Shown here piece after piece: positions 48,215-59,265 of a stretch of 64,000 bases of DNA (its first letter is position 1; every line of letters begins with the position of its first letter). The notes beneath the pieces were generated by a model that worked only from the letters and a program-made list of their open reading frames with translations, did no database searches and was not told the DNA's origin. This stretch comes from Polyangiales bacterium (lineage in GTDB: Bacteria; Myxococcota_A; Polyangia; Polyangiales; Polyangiaceae). The DNA lies in NCBI GenBank assembly GCA_038246305.1, contig JBBRRP010000009.1, positions 1,076 through 65,075 of the forward strand, written 5' to 3'. The translations under genes were made by a program, and so were the position numbers.

Positions 48215-49483
48215 ATGGCAGACTCAAACTCCAGAAATAAGAAGAGCAAAAGCCAGCATCCCGCAAAGGGCTCCGCGCATGGCACCAGCGCATGGGGTGA
48301 CGTGATTCGGAACTCCAGCGACACGCACCGACTGTTCGTTTTCGCGGGTGGGATCGGCGGCGTCGCACTCCTCTTGAGCGTTGCGCTCGGGATGGGGGAT
48401 TTTAAGCGCTTCCAATATTCCTACCTGGTGGCTTTTATGTGGACGCTCAGCATTAGCTTGGGTGGCCTTTGGTGGGTAACGCTTCAGCACCTGGTGAACG
48501 CCAAGTGGAGTATTGTGGTGCGCCGAGTGGGCGAGCTGATTGCCGCCAATATCGGGCTGATGGCGATCCTTTCGCTACCGATTGTCGTGCCGGCCATCCT
48601 AGGGAATTCGGAACTCTACCTCTGGGTCGATTCGCACCGCATGCTGGAGGATCACGCGCTCCATCACAAATCGGCGTATCTCAACGTGACGTTTTTCGCG
48701 ATCCGAGTGGTGGTCTATTTCGGCTTCTGGTTCCTGCTTTCGCAGCACTTTCTGAAGAGTTCGCTCAAACAGGATGGCGAGAGTGCTGACACGCAAACCG
48801 TGCGGCTACGCCGGCTCGCTGGGCCTGCGATGATGGGCGTTGCCCTCACCTTGACGTTCGCAGCTGTCGATTTTCTGATGTCCTTGAACCCCATGTGGTT
48901 CTCGACCATCTTCGGGGTTTACTACTTGGCGGGTTGCGTGCTGGCGATTCACGCATCCCTGGCGCTCACTTTGCTCTGGCTTCAGAAGCGAGGAGCGCTG
49001 GTGAAGACCGTGAGCCAGGAGCACTTCCACGACATCGGGAAGATGATGTTCGCATTCACCATCTTCTGGGCCTACATCGCTTTCAGCCAATTCATGCTGA
49101 TCTGGTACGCCAATATCCCGGAAGAAACTCATTGGTATCTGGTGCGCGCCGAGAACGGTTGGCTGAAGGTGACCTGGTTTCAGCTGATTGGGCACTTTAT
49201 GCTGCCCTTCGCGTTCCTGCTTTCGCGTCACATGAAACGCAACCGTACCGCGCTCGCTTTGGCCGCGCTGTGGGTGCTCTTCGTGCACTACGTGGACATG
49301 TATTGGTTGGTGATGCCGACCGCGTTCGTGGAAGGGCCAGAGCTTCACATTCTCGATCTCACCTGCTGGGTTGCCCTAACCGGCATCTTTGTTGCAGCCG
49401 TCGCCTATCGGGCGCGCGGCGTGAATCTCGTGGCCGTAGGAGATCCGCGCCTCGAAACCTCACTCGCCTTCGAGAACGTCTAA
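48215..49483 (+). CDS. actF: Alternative complex III subunit ActF (second NrfD-like membrane subunit)
   Basis: 422 aa, polytopic, in the expected position after actD/E. Confidence 0.8.
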   Translation: MADSNSRNKKSKSQHPAKGSAHGTSAWGDVIRNSSDTHRLFVFAGGIGGVALLLSVALGMGDFKRFQYSYLVAFMWTLSISLGGLWWVTLQHLVNAKWSIVVRRVGELIAANIGLMAILSLPIVVPAILGNSELYLWVDSHRMLEDHALHHKSAYLNVTFFAIRVVVYFGFWFLLSQHFLKSSLKQDGESADTQTVRLRRLAGPAMMGVALTLTFAAVDFLMSLNPMWFSTIFGVYYLAGCVLAIHASLALTLLWLQKRGALVKTVSQEHFHDIGKMMFAFTIFWAYIAFSQFMLIWYANIPEETHWYLVRAENGWLKVTWFQLIGHFMLPFAFLLSRHMKRNRTALALAALWVLFVHYVDMYWLVMPTAFVEGPELHILDLTCWVALTGIFVAAVAYRARGVNLVAVGDPRLETSLAFENV

Positions 49484-49492
49484 GGAAAAGCC

Positions 49493-50239
49493 ATGAGCGA
49501 AGCTGAAAGCCATCCCGTCGAAACGACCGAAGCCGACAAGGTGAACGCGGGCGCCATTGGGACCGTCCTTGCCGTGGGCGCTGCGGCCGTGGTTGGGATC
49601 TCGTTTGCCGTCTGTGCGCTGGTTCGAGATGAACAGAGCGCCTATGACGAGGAAAATGGAGCACTCGCCAACCTGCACCAAGTGAGCGAACTCAAGCGAA
49701 CCCAACAGGAACGGTTGAATCAGCCAGTCGGTTGGTCAGACTCAAAAAGGAGCGCTGTGGCTCTGCCGATCGGCGATGCCAAACAGCTGCTCCTGAAGGA
49801 AGTCACCGAGAATCCGTTTGCCGCAAGCCCAGGCGCTCCAGACGCTGGAGCCGGCGGAGCAGGAGGCGCACCAACAGGATCGGCAGCAGCGGCCCCAACA
49901 ACAACTGCCGCGGTAGCACCTGCGCCTTTGGGCACGCCAACGACCGCAGCCGCCGACACGAGCACCGCTCAAGTTCACACCACTTCACCCAACGCGCCGA
50001 AGGCCCCGCCGACACCGCCCGCAGCAAGCCGCGCGCCAGTGCCCGCGCCACAAGCACCCAAGCCGGCTGGCGGCGCCGCCGTCAAGCCGAGCCCAGCGCC
50101 GTCGCAGGTTTCTCCCGGCACACCCGCTCCAACAGCGCCTGCACCGAGTGCCGCACCTAAAGCTTCCCAGGCGCCCGTGACGCCCCCGGTACCGAGCACA
50201 CCAAAGCCCACCGCTCCCCAACCCAGCGGTAAAGAGTGA
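49493..50239 (+). CDS. Single-pass membrane protein with Pro/Ala/Thr-rich C-terminal half (unknown; possibly an accessory ACIII/oxidase subunit)
   Basis: 248 aa. The TM helix is AIGTVLAVGAAAVVGISFAVCALV. A domain of about 80 aa follows (...LNQPVGWSDSKRSAVALPIGDAKQLLLKEV...), then 130 aa of P/A/T low complexity. It is tightly packed between actF and the SCO1 gene. Confidence 0.5.
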   Translation: MSEAESHPVETTEADKVNAGAIGTVLAVGAAAVVGISFAVCALVRDEQSAYDEENGALANLHQVSELKRTQQERLNQPVGWSDSKRSAVALPIGDAKQLLLKEVTENPFAASPGAPDAGAGGAGGAPTGSAAAAPTTTAAVAPAPLGTPTTAAADTSTAQVHTTSPNAPKAPPTPPAASRAPVPAPQAPKPAGGAAVKPSPAPSQVSPGTPAPTAPAPSAAPKASQAPVTPPVPSTPKPTAPQPSGKE

Positions 50240-50241
50240 CG

Positions 50242-51123
50242 ATGAAATGGGCTTCAGTGCGTCAGCTCTGCGCGGCTTGGGTATTTGCCCTGCTGCTCGG
50301 CAGCTTTTGCCAAGAAGCTAGCGCTGCCCCCACCACACTGAGCACGCTGGGAGCCGCGGCCGGAGATCGCACGGCGGAGCTTCCCAAGCGCCTGCAAGGT
50401 GTCGGCGTCACGGAACACCTCGATCAACGCCTACCACTCGAGCTTACTTTTCACGATGAGACTGGCCGTGCGGTGAGGCTTCAGGATTATTTCCGAGGCG
50501 ATGTGCCAGTCGTCGTGACTCTCAACTACTCCAATTGCCCCATGCTCTGCAGCTTGGTGCTCACTGGCTTTGCCGAAGGCTTGAAGTCCGTCGACTGGCA
50601 GCTCGGTAAAGATTACCGGGTTGTGACCGTGAGCCTGGATCCCACGGAGACTCAGGCGCGCGCTTTCGGAAGCCACAAGCGCTACCTCAAGCAGTACGGC
50701 CGCGGGGGCACCGAAGCAACGAACGGCTGGCACTTCCTCACTGGCAGCGAGGAGCATATCCGTGCTCTGGCCCGAGCTATTGGATTTTCCTACAATTACA
50801 ACGAGGCGCGCAAAGAGTATGTGCATCCTGCGTCGGTCGCGCTTGCCACCCCATCGGGGCACATCGCTCGCTACTTGTATGGGATCGATTACCCAGCCAA
50901 AACCCTGAGCCTGGCACTCGTTGAGGCGTCGCAAGGGAAAATTGGCTCAACTTTAGATCACCTCGTTCTTTACTGCTTCCACTATGACGCTTCGGAAGGA
51001 CGCTACGCTCCTGTCGCGCGCAACATCATGAAAGTGGGTGGTGCCGGCACCGTCTTGGGTCTGGGCGCCTTCCTCGGGTTGATGTGGCGTTCCGAAAGAA
51101 AAAGAAAGCCTAGAGCAGAATGA
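50242..51123 (+). CDS. SCO1/SenC-family copper chaperone
   Basis: Motifs: NYSNCPMLCSLV (CxxxC), a downstream conserved His (YVHPASV) and a signal/anchor segment. ATG 50242 lies 3 nt after the upstream stop. Confidence 0.85.
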   Translation: MKWASVRQLCAAWVFALLLGSFCQEASAAPTTLSTLGAAAGDRTAELPKRLQGVGVTEHLDQRLPLELTFHDETGRAVRLQDYFRGDVPVVVTLNYSNCPMLCSLVLTGFAEGLKSVDWQLGKDYRVVTVSLDPTETQARAFGSHKRYLKQYGRGGTEATNGWHFLTGSEEHIRALARAIGFSYNYNEARKEYVHPASVALATPSGHIARYLYGIDYPAKTLSLALVEASQGKIGSTLDHLVLYCFHYDASEGRYAPVARNIMKVGGAGTVLGLGAFLGLMWRSERKRKPRAE

Positions 51124-52118
51124 TGGCCTACCAATTTTTCCACTGCCTGAGCTCCCTTGCAGCGCCGCCCAAGCTGCCGGATTCACCGTTCTTTCTGCTG
51201 CCTCCCCAGGCATCCACCATCTCTGGCGAGATCGACTGGCTCTTCAACATCATCTTGTTGATTTGCAGCATCGTGACCATCGGCGTCATCCTGGCGATGG
51301 TGTACTTCGTTAGGACATATGGCGCAAAATCGCGCGCTGCCAACGAGAAAGCTGACAAAACGAGCGAGCACAACACCACTTTGGAAATCACTTGGTCAGT
51401 GATCCCACTGGTGATCACCATTGCGTTCTTCGTGTGGGGCTTCAAAGGTTACGTGAACCTGAAAACGATGCCGCGCGATGCGCTTGAGGTGCAGGCAACA
51501 GCGCAAAAGTGGTCCTGGCTGTTCGAGCACAGTGGGTTTTCCTCGGGCGAGCTCCATGTCCCGGTGAACACCAAGGTGCGAGTGATCCTCCGCTCCACTG
51601 ACGTGCTCCACGCGCTTTGGATCCCATCCTTCCGCACCAAGATGGATGTAGTCCCCGGGCGCTACACCGATCTCTGGTTCGAAGCCACGCAGACCGGAAC
51701 ATTTCCGATCCACTGCGCTGAATACTGCGGCCGCGGTCATTCAGACATGTACAGCCGAGTCGTGGTTCATACCAAAGCTGATTTTGAAGCCTGGAAAAAG
51801 GCTGAACAAAACAAGAACGACAGCATGCCCCCCGCCGAGCTTGGCGCAAAGCTCGCTCAGGAGCGCGGTTGCTTCGGTTGCCACACGATCGATGGGACTC
51901 CGAAAGTGGGCCCGAGTTGGAAGGGGTTGTTTGGCAGCCGAGAGTCTTACACGGATGGCACGACGCTCGTCATTGACGAAAATCACGTCAAAGAATCGAT
52001 TGAAGATCCCCAAGCCAAGATCCGGGTTGGCTTTCCACCCACCATGCCCACCTTCAAAGGGCAACTCAACGATAAGCAGATCACCGGGCTTATCGAATAC
52101 ATCAAGAGTCTGAAGTAG
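51120..52118 (+). CDS. ctaC: Cytochrome c oxidase subunit II with fused C-terminal cytochrome c domain (caa3-type)
   Basis: The CuA motif is [13 protein letters not shown] and the C-terminal heme c motif is CFGCHTIDG. The start overlaps the SCO1 stop. Confidence 0.9.
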   Translation: MMAYQFFHCLSSLAAPPKLPDSPFFLLPPQASTISGEIDWLFNIILLICSIVTIGVILAMVYFVRTYGAKSRAANEKADKTSEHNTTLEITWSVIPLVITIAFFVWGFKGYVNLKTMPRDALEVQATAQKWSWLFEHSGFSSGELHVPVNTKVRVILRSTDVLHALWIPSFRTKMDVVPGRYTDLWFEATQTGTFPIHCAEYCGRGHSDMYSRVVVHTKADFEAWKKAEQNKNDSMPPAELGAKLAQERGCFGCHTIDGTPKVGPSWKGLFGSRESYTDGTTLVIDENHVKESIEDPQAKIRVGFPPTMPTFKGQLNDKQITGLIEYIKSLK

Positions 52119-52129
52119 GAGTCCACGCG

Positions 52130-53803
52130 ATGGCAACTACCACCACAACCGATTTCGTCAGTCCTCAGCCGAGCACCACGGACAACTACCTAAACAACGA
52201 GAAGGGGATCCTTTCCTGGCTTCTCACGCTCGATCATAAGCGCATCGGCGTTATGTACCTGTTCAGCGTGCTGGCGGCATTTGCACTCGGCGGCACGTTT
52301 GCATTGCTCATTCGTGCCGAGCTGTGGACGCCAGGGCCAACGCTGCCCGGTGTCACGGCTGACATGTACAATCAGTTCTTCACGCTGCACGGCGCCATCA
52401 TGGTGTTTCTGGTGATCATTCCAGGGATCCCGGCGGCTCTCGGCAATATCATTCTGCCTTTACAATTGGGCGCCAAGGATGTGGCTTTTCCGCGCCTCAA
52501 TTTACTAAGCTACCACGTGTGGATCCTCGGAGCTTGCTTCATGCTCCTCTCGCTGGTGCTGGGCGCCGCCGACACGGGCTGGACGTTCTACACGCCGTAC
52601 AGCACCATGACGGAAACAGCCGTTATCCCAGCGGCTTTCGGGGCCTTTGTACTCGGTTTCTCTTCGATTTTCACCGGGCTTAACTTCATCGTGACCATCC
52701 ACAAGTTACGCCCCAAGGGCATGACTTGGTTCCGCATGCCGCTCTTTGTTTGGGCACTGTACTCAACGGCGCTCATCCAGGTGCTGGCGACGCCCGTGAT
52801 CGCCATCACGCTCTTGATGCTGATAGTTGAACGCACCTTCGGCATCGGGATCTTTGACCCTTTGCTCGGTGGCGATCCGGTGCTGTTTGAGCACTTCTTC
52901 TGGTTCTACTCGCACCCTGCGGTTTACATCATGATCGTGCCCGCCTTCGGCGTGATCAGCGAGATTATTCCTGTTTTTTCGCGTAAGCCGATCTTTGGTT
53001 ACAAGTTCATCGCGCTCAGCAGCGTGGCGATCGCGATCCTGGGTTTTTTGGTTTGGGGCCACCACATGTTTACCAGCGGCCAGTCAGTGCTCGCTGGCAC
53101 CATCTTCAGCGCCATCACCTTCCTGATCGCCATCCCTACGGCGATCAAGACGTTCAACTGGCTCTCGACGATGTACAAAGGCCGAATCCACCTAGAAACA
53201 CCCATGCTGTACGCGTTGGCGTTCTTGTGGGTGTTCACGATCGGCGGCGTTACCGGCATGTTCCTCGCCGTCATGAGCGTGGATGTACATCTCCACGATA
53301 CGTACTTCGTCGTCGCGCACTTCCACTACGTGATGATGGGCGGGTCGATCACCGCATTCCTAGGAGGCTTGCACTACTGGTGGCCGAAAGCCTTCGGTCG
53401 GTTGTACAACGAGACGATCGGCCGTATCGGTGCGCTGATTGTCTTCGTCGGACTCAACCTGACGTTTTTCCCGCAGTTCATCCTGGGAAGCCGAGGCATG
53501 CCGCGCCGCTACTACAACTACCTTGAGGAATTTCAGGGCCTCCACCAGCTCTCAACCATTGGCGCGTTTACGCTCGGGATGGGCTTCCTCCTCACGGCCT
53601 ACGGCTTGCTTTCGAGCCTAAGGAAGAAGTTCGACGCCCCTGCCAATCCGTGGGGGGCGACCACGCTCGAATGGCAAACGGCTTCTCCGCCCCCCTATTA
53701 CAACTTCGCGACTCCGCCCGAGGTGACGCAAGGGCCGTACGATGGCTACGAAAACCTCGAATACGATGAGAAGATCCGTGGGTACGTTCCCACCAAAGCC
53801 TAA
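52130..53803 (+). CDS. ctaD: Cytochrome c oxidase subunit I
   Basis: 557 aa. Motifs: [25 protein letters not shown] and [14 protein letters not shown]. Confidence 0.95.
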   Translation: MATTTTTDFVSPQPSTTDNYLNNEKGILSWLLTLDHKRIGVMYLFSVLAAFALGGTFALLIRAELWTPGPTLPGVTADMYNQFFTLHGAIMVFLVIIPGIPAALGNIILPLQLGAKDVAFPRLNLLSYHVWILGACFMLLSLVLGAADTGWTFYTPYSTMTETAVIPAAFGAFVLGFSSIFTGLNFIVTIHKLRPKGMTWFRMPLFVWALYSTALIQVLATPVIAITLLMLIVERTFGIGIFDPLLGGDPVLFEHFFWFYSHPAVYIMIVPAFGVISEIIPVFSRKPIFGYKFIALSSVAIAILGFLVWGHHMFTSGQSVLAGTIFSAITFLIAIPTAIKTFNWLSTMYKGRIHLETPMLYALAFLWVFTIGGVTGMFLAVMSVDVHLHDTYFVVAHFHYVMMGGSITAFLGGLHYWWPKAFGRLYNETIGRIGALIVFVGLNLTFFPQFILGSRGMPRRYYNYLEEFQGLHQLSTIGAFTLGMGFLLTAYGLLSSLRKKFDAPANPWGATTLEWQTASPPPYYNFATPPEVTQGPYDGYENLEYDEKIRGYVPTKA

Positions 53804-53848
53804 ATTCCCTTAGGAACTACCCCCGACCGCTCTCCGTGAGACTAGAAG

Positions 53849-54928
53849 ATGACGGACACGACATCCGAAACACAATCGAACTCTGAGACCCACGGGCACA
53901 GCGCGCCCCCTCGGGGCGCCCACGAGCCTGATGAGAATGCGGAAGCGCACGCACCCAACGGGCACGGCGGAGGGCACGGGCACAGCCAATACCCTCACCT
54001 CGCTCACCACTTTGACTCGCCACAACAACAGTTCGACGCCGGGAAGCTCGGCATCTGGCTGTTCTTGTTCCAAGAGGTGCTGTTCTTCGCCGGCCTATTT
54101 TGCGCGTACACGGTGTACCGCGCACAAAATCCCGAGATCTTTGTGTACGCCCACTATCACCTCGATACCACGATGGGCGCCATCAACACCTGCGTGCTCC
54201 TCGTCAGCAGCTTAACAGCTGCTTGGGCGGTGCGAAATGCGCAGCTCGGCGAGAAGAATAAGCTCGTTCTCAATATCTCGATCACGATCCTGTGCGCATT
54301 CGTCTTCCTCGGGGTGAAGTACAAGGAGTACGCGCACAAGGTTCACGAAGGCACGCTCTGGGGCCACCACTTCAACCCCGAGCACGAGCTTTGGGAGCTG
54401 GATTCCTTCAAGGCCAAACATCCCGAATCGGCTGAGCTTGCCGAGAAGATCGCCGCGATCCAGTTCGAAGGGCAGCCCAAACGCGAGGGCCACGGCGAAC
54501 ACGAAGGCAGCGGAGCCGAGGCCAAAGCGCCCGTGCCGAAACCTGCAGCGCTCCCCACCGCCATGGCCGGTGCTGCCGACGCCGACACGAAGGTGCGCCG
54601 GATCCAGCACTTGTTGCTTCAAGCTTCAGACGAAACCCTGCATCCGTTGGTTGCCGCGGGAATTATCAAGCATGACGTCCTGGCCACCACAGGTCTTGAA
54701 CGACCTGCCAAAGCGCACATCTTCTTTGGCATCTATTTCTTCATGACGGGCCTTCACGGCGTCCACGTGATCGCCGGCATCATTGTTTGGATCTGGATGT
54801 TGATTAAGGCCAAACGCGGGCAATTCGGCCCGAACTACTTTGGCCCCATCGATTATGCCGCCCTGTATTGGCACTTGGTGGATCTCGTCTGGATTTATCT
54901 CTTCCCGCTTTTATACCTGATTCACTGA
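53849..54928 (+). CDS. ctaE: Cytochrome c oxidase subunit III (5-TM type) with His-rich N-terminus and a large internal loop
   Basis: Motifs: [54 protein letters not shown] and [17 protein letters not shown]. Confidence 0.85.
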   Translation: MTDTTSETQSNSETHGHSAPPRGAHEPDENAEAHAPNGHGGGHGHSQYPHLAHHFDSPQQQFDAGKLGIWLFLFQEVLFFAGLFCAYTVYRAQNPEIFVYAHYHLDTTMGAINTCVLLVSSLTAAWAVRNAQLGEKNKLVLNISITILCAFVFLGVKYKEYAHKVHEGTLWGHHFNPEHELWELDSFKAKHPESAELAEKIAAIQFEGQPKREGHGEHEGSGAEAKAPVPKPAALPTAMAGAADADTKVRRIQHLLLQASDETLHPLVAAGIIKHDVLATTGLERPAKAHIFFGIYFFMTGLHGVHVIAGIIVWIWMLIKAKRGQFGPNYFGPIDYAALYWHLVDLVWIYLFPLLYLIH

Positions 54929-54964
54929 GCCACGCTTTGTCAGGAACCCCTAACGGAACACATC

Positions 54965-55333
54965 ATGGCTGACTCAAAAGCACCTCCAAAAGACCCTCAC
55001 GACCACGGACTGGCCCACACGACTCCGGTGTGGCTGTTGATCAGTATCCTGATGGCGCTGCTGTTCTTCACGGTTCTCACGGTGGCCGTGACTTCCTTCG
55101 ATCTCGGCTCACAGGGCAATCTCGTGGTCGCAATGGTGATCGCCACCATTAAGGCGGGACTTGTTGCCACCTTTTTCATGCACTTGGCCTGGGATAAGCG
55201 CTTCCACGCGATCGGGCTGGCAGGAGGCGTGCTCTTTTTTATCCTGTTCTTATCGATGGTGGTGACGGACCGTGGCGAGTACCAAAAAGACATTGATCGC
55301 CACGCTGAGAAGTATCCGTTTAAGATGAAGTGA
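54965..55333 (+). CDS. Cytochrome c oxidase subunit IV-family small membrane protein
   Basis: 122 aa with 3 TM helices, including IKAGLVATFFMHLAWDKR (typical of prokaryotic CoxIV/CyoD-like proteins). It is the last gene of the cluster. Confidence 0.7.
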   Translation: MADSKAPPKDPHDHGLAHTTPVWLLISILMALLFFTVLTVAVTSFDLGSQGNLVVAMVIATIKAGLVATFFMHLAWDKRFHAIGLAGGVLFFILFLSMVVTDRGEYQKDIDRHAEKYPFKMK

Positions 55334-55335
55334 AG

Positions 55336-55362
55336 GCGCCCGTCCTGCACACTCACGGGTGC
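55336..55362. terminator. Hairpin between convergent coxIV and dacB genes
   Basis: GCGCCCGT-(11 nt)-ACGGGTGC forms an 8-bp stem with one G-U pair. It fills most of the 42-bp gap between the two stop codons. Confidence 0.35.
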
Positions 55363-55375
55363 TCAGCACACGGGC

Positions 55376-56935
55376 TCACTGGCGGCTAGGAGCGTGAGGT
55401 TGCTCTAGCAAAGAAACGCGAGCTAAGTCAGCCGCAACCTGTACAACGCTGTCGATCCGTTTCCGTGCTTCGGCGTGTTCAGCCACTCCATTCAACAGAA
55501 TCGAGAAAGCGAAGCGCGGCCGTCCGGCCGTGAACACGTAACCGCTCAGGGCATCAACCCGACCAAGCGTGCCTGTCTTGGCGCGAATCACGCCAGAATC
55601 GCGCTCCTTCGGAAAGCGCGCACGGAGCGTCCCATCGCGGCCTGCCACTGAGAGCTGGCTCAGAAATTCGGGAGCCATGCGCGAATCTTGCTGAGCTTCT
55701 GCCAAGACGTTGATAATTTGTTGCGCACTCACACGGTTGGTGTCGAAGAGCCCTGAGCCATTTCTGAGGACCGTTCCTGCCACCCAGAGGTTCCGACGCT
55801 TCAACCATGCCGCCAATGCCCGAGCGCCGCCCTCACTGGTTCCCGGTCCAGGCTCCTCGTGTTTGGCGATCGATTTCAGCAGCATCTCGGCATAAAAATT
55901 GTCGCTCTCCTTGCCAAGCTCAAACGCCAAGCGAGCGAGCGGTTCGCTCTTCACGCTCGTCAACTGTCGCGTTTCGGATGCCCCACCCAGCTCCACGCTG
56001 TGAGCCAATTGCACCCCCCGCGCTTCGAGCAACTGTTTGAGCACAATTCCCGGCACAAGCCGTGGGTCGGCGACACGCCGAGGGAAACTCTGAAGTGGTT
56101 GCCCTTGTGCAATCGTTCCCGAAATCTTTGCCGAGAGCTGCGAGCTGTTCAGGGCGATCTGAAGCGCGATGGTGTTCGCTGTCCCCTTGGCGCGGGTTAA
56201 CACCGAACCCTGGCTCGCCAAAACGCCAGGGAGAGAGGACCAAATGCGTGCCGGCTCACCCGCCTGACCTGGAAGCACAAAGAGTGTGACCGTGTTTTGG
56301 TCGAGCGCCACAGCTGATACAGGAGCCCGAAATGCGGCCCATTCGTCGGGCTGCTGTTCAAATCCCGGTGGCGTGAAGTTGTCGTCGAACGCGCTCTGAT
56401 CGACCAGGACGGCCCCCTTGACGCGCGTCAACCCGCGCGCCAACAGATTCTCCGCCAAGCCCCACAGATCCCGCGTTGAAAATGCCGGATCTCCGTTCCC
56501 TCTAAGTACCAATGAGTCGGCGACCCCGTCGACAACGCTTCCGTACACCCCTGTTTCGAAGCGATAACTCGGCCCAAGGAGCGCCAAAGCCCCGGCGGCG
56601 AGAATGATTTTCTGATTCGAGGCCGGATTCAGCGGAAATTGTGGCGCAGCGCTGGCGATCGTCGTCTGATCACTGAGGTCGACGAAGACCGCGGACACCT
56701 TTGCGCCCCGCGTTTCAGCCCAAGAACGCAGGCCAGCGAGTGCTTGAACCAAGCGAGCTCGCTCTGCCTCGATGTTCCCCGAATTGGCTCCCACGAGAGC
56801 GGCGGTGGCATCCCTCGTCGTTGGCGACCCGTTAGGACGTGACGTGTCGACCGGCTGACTCAAGCCAAGGCGGGGCGCGCTCCCGAACACGGCCACGGCC
56901 ACGCAAAAAGTCCACCTGAGAAGCTCGCGCCGCAC
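55376..56935 (-). CDS. dacB: D-alanyl-D-alanine carboxypeptidase/endopeptidase (PBP4, peptidase S13)
   Basis: 519 aa with a signal peptide. Motifs: NPASNQKIILA (SxxK), GSGL and AKTGTL (KTG). Confidence 0.85.
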   Translation of the reverse strand: MRRELLRWTFCVAVAVFGSAPRLGLSQPVDTSRPNGSPTTRDATAALVGANSGNIEAERARLVQALAGLRSWAETRGAKVSAVFVDLSDQTTIASAAPQFPLNPASNQKIILAAGALALLGPSYRFETGVYGSVVDGVADSLVLRGNGDPAFSTRDLWGLAENLLARGLTRVKGAVLVDQSAFDDNFTPPGFEQQPDEWAAFRAPVSAVALDQNTVTLFVLPGQAGEPARIWSSLPGVLASQGSVLTRAKGTANTIALQIALNSSQLSAKISGTIAQGQPLQSFPRRVADPRLVPGIVLKQLLEARGVQLAHSVELGGASETRQLTSVKSEPLARLAFELGKESDNFYAEMLLKSIAKHEEPGPGTSEGGARALAAWLKRRNLWVAGTVLRNGSGLFDTNRVSAQQIINVLAEAQQDSRMAPEFLSQLSVAGRDGTLRARFPKERDSGVIRAKTGTLGRVDALSGYVFTAGRPRFAFSILLNGVAEHAEARKRIDSVVQVAADLARVSLLEQPHAPSRQ

Positions 56936-57061
56936 GAGCGGGATTTTAGCAATGATCTCGCGCTCAACTCCAGCACCCCGCGTTCGATTGCGAGACGCGG
57001 AAAATCAGGATGCTCTGAGCTAAGCGAAATTATCCCTTGCTAGAAAGTTCGTTTCAGACGA

Positions 57062-57586
57062 TTGAAGAAGCCCATGCAGAGGATCTGGGCATGGGTTTTA
57101 GGTTGCGTGTTTGGAGCGGTGTCGCTCGCTCCGAGAATGGCCCACGCCGACGAGCCCATTGAGCCGTTGCGTTACGATGTTACGGCACATCCCGATGCCG
57201 GAGCGCCCGCACGCACTGCTCTCGCTGGGTTAGCTGTGACTGCGGTTGGGTACGGCGCCGCACTGGGCTCCTCCTATCTTTTCCCTGATTCACCGGGATC
57301 AGCTTCGCTGCGCGTGCCCGTCGCTGGCCCCTTTATGGCTCTGGCGAAGACAGGGTGCGCTAGCGGCGATAGCGGCTGTTCAACCTTCACCACGATCGTG
57401 CGGGCTGTCTTAACCACTGCCAACAGCGCAATCCAGGTCGGTGGCCTATTCGTCGCGTCTGAATCGTTGTTTCTCGAGACGCAGGCCGCACCTCCACCTG
57501 CACCAAGACGCGGCGCGAGCATCACCGGCATGGATGCCGCCCCCATCCAGCACGGCTGGGTTCTCAGCCTCACTGGAGAGTTCTAA
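57062..57586 (+). CDS. Hypothetical secreted protein
   Basis: 174-aa ORF (TTG 57062, or ATG 57074 giving [25 protein letters not shown]). It ends ...LSLTGEF, and its stop overlaps the pyrG start. Confidence 0.4.
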   Translation: MKKPMQRIWAWVLGCVFGAVSLAPRMAHADEPIEPLRYDVTAHPDAGAPARTALAGLAVTAVGYGAALGSSYLFPDSPGSASLRVPVAGPFMALAKTGCASGDSGCSTFTTIVRAVLTTANSAIQVGGLFVASESLFLETQAAPPPAPRRGASITGMDAAPIQHGWVLSLTGEF

Positions 57587-59265
57587 TGACCCGTCGCACT
57601 AAGTTCGTTTTGGTTACAGGCGGCGTGGTGTCCTCAATCGGCAAGGGGCTGGCGAGTGCGTCGATTGGTGCGCTAATGGAAGCGCGAGGCCTCAGCGTCA
57701 CCCACATGAAGCTGGATCCGTATATCAACGTGGATCCTGGCACCATGTCGCCGTACCAGCACGGTGAGGTCTTCGTTACGGACGACGGCGCGGAGACTGA
57801 CCTCGATCTCGGGCACTACGAGCGTTTTACGAGTTGCGTCCTCAAGAAGCAGTCCAACATCACCACGGGGCGCGTCTATCACGCCGTGATCGAGAAGGAA
57901 CGACGCGGCGAATATTTGGGAGCTACGGTGCAGGTGATCCCCCATATCACCGATGAGATCAAACTGCGTATTCGCCAGGCGTGCCATGATGTGGACGTCG
58001 CCATCGTGGAGATTGGCGGCACCGTGGGGGACATCGAATCCCTGCCCTTCCTTGAAGCCATGCGTCAACTTCGACTCGAAGAGGGTCGCGAGAACGTGGT
58101 GAGCGTGCACGTGACCCTCGTGCCCCACATCACGACTGCGGGAGAACTGAAGACGAAGCCCACGCAACACTCGGTCCGAGAAATGCGCGAAATCGGTATC
58201 CAGCCCGACATCCTGATCTGCCGCAGCGATCGGCCGATTTCTCGAGGTATCAAAGACAAGATCGCACTCTTCTCGAATGTGCCCGTGGATAGTGTCGTGT
58301 CCGCTGTGGACGTGAGCTGCATCTACGAGCTGCCGTTGGTGCTGCACGCTGAAGGGCTCGATACGCAGATCACCGAGCGTCTCAATATTTGGTCACGCCA
58401 GCCTGAGCTTTCGAGTTGGAAACGCACGGTTGAGAAATTCAAAAAGCCGGCCCACGGCAGCGTACACATCGGTGTTGTCGGCAAATACGTCCACCTCAAG
58501 GATAGCTACAAATCCCTGCATGAAGCGCTCGTGCACGGCGGGCTGGATACGGGAGTGAGCGTAGAGCTGAAGTATATTGACTCGGAGCAAATCGATCGCG
58601 GCAATGCCGCCTCAATCTTGTCAGGCCTGGATGCCGTTTTGGTTCCGGGTGGCTTTGGCGATCGCGGCGTGGAAGGCAAGATTTTGGCGATTCAGCACGC
58701 GCGCGAACATGGCATCCCTTTCTTCGGGATCTGCCTGGGCATGCAGCTTGCGGTGATCGAATTCGCTCGCCACGTGTGTGGGCTAAAAGGCGCAAGCTCA
58801 ACCGAATTTGGGAAGGATCCCACACATGCGCTCATCGATCTCCTGCCCGATCAGCTCGGAGTCAAAGATAAAGGCGGAACCATGCGCCTGGGTGCTTATC
58901 CGTGTGTGCTCAGCGAGGGCACGCTGGCAATTAAGTTCTACGGCAAGCGAGAAATCTCGGAACGGCACCGCCACCGCTACGAATTCAACAACGAATATCG
59001 CCAAGCACTCAGCGATGGTGGGCTGATTTTGAGCGGAACAAGCCCTGACAATCGACTGGTGGAGATGATTGAACTGAAGGACCACCCTCACTTTGTGGCT
59101 TGTCAGTTTCATCCCGAATTCAAGAGTCGCCCCCTCGCCGCGCACCCCCTCTTCACGGGCTTTGTCGCGGCGGCCCTGCGCTATCGGGATGCCATCCGCG
59201 CCTCCGCGGAGAGCGGGACACAACGCGCAGACGGTAGCTCCACGCAGGGAAGCACGATCAACTAA
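57586..59265 (+). CDS. pyrG: CTP synthase
   Basis: Motifs: [16 protein letters not shown] and a GATase domain with GICLGMQ...HRHRYEFN. Confidence 0.97.
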   Translation: MTRRTKFVLVTGGVVSSIGKGLASASIGALMEARGLSVTHMKLDPYINVDPGTMSPYQHGEVFVTDDGAETDLDLGHYERFTSCVLKKQSNITTGRVYHAVIEKERRGEYLGATVQVIPHITDEIKLRIRQACHDVDVAIVEIGGTVGDIESLPFLEAMRQLRLEEGRENVVSVHVTLVPHITTAGELKTKPTQHSVREMREIGIQPDILICRSDRPISRGIKDKIALFSNVPVDSVVSAVDVSCIYELPLVLHAEGLDTQITERLNIWSRQPELSSWKRTVEKFKKPAHGSVHIGVVGKYVHLKDSYKSLHEALVHGGLDTGVSVELKYIDSEQIDRGNAASILSGLDAVLVPGGFGDRGVEGKILAIQHAREHGIPFFGICLGMQLAVIEFARHVCGLKGASSTEFGKDPTHALIDLLPDQLGVKDKGGTMRLGAYPCVLSEGTLAIKFYGKREISERHRHRYEFNNEYRQALSDGGLILSGTSPDNRLVEMIELKDHPHFVACQFHPEFKSRPLAAHPLFTGFVAAALRYRDAIRASAESGTQRADGSSTQGSTIN

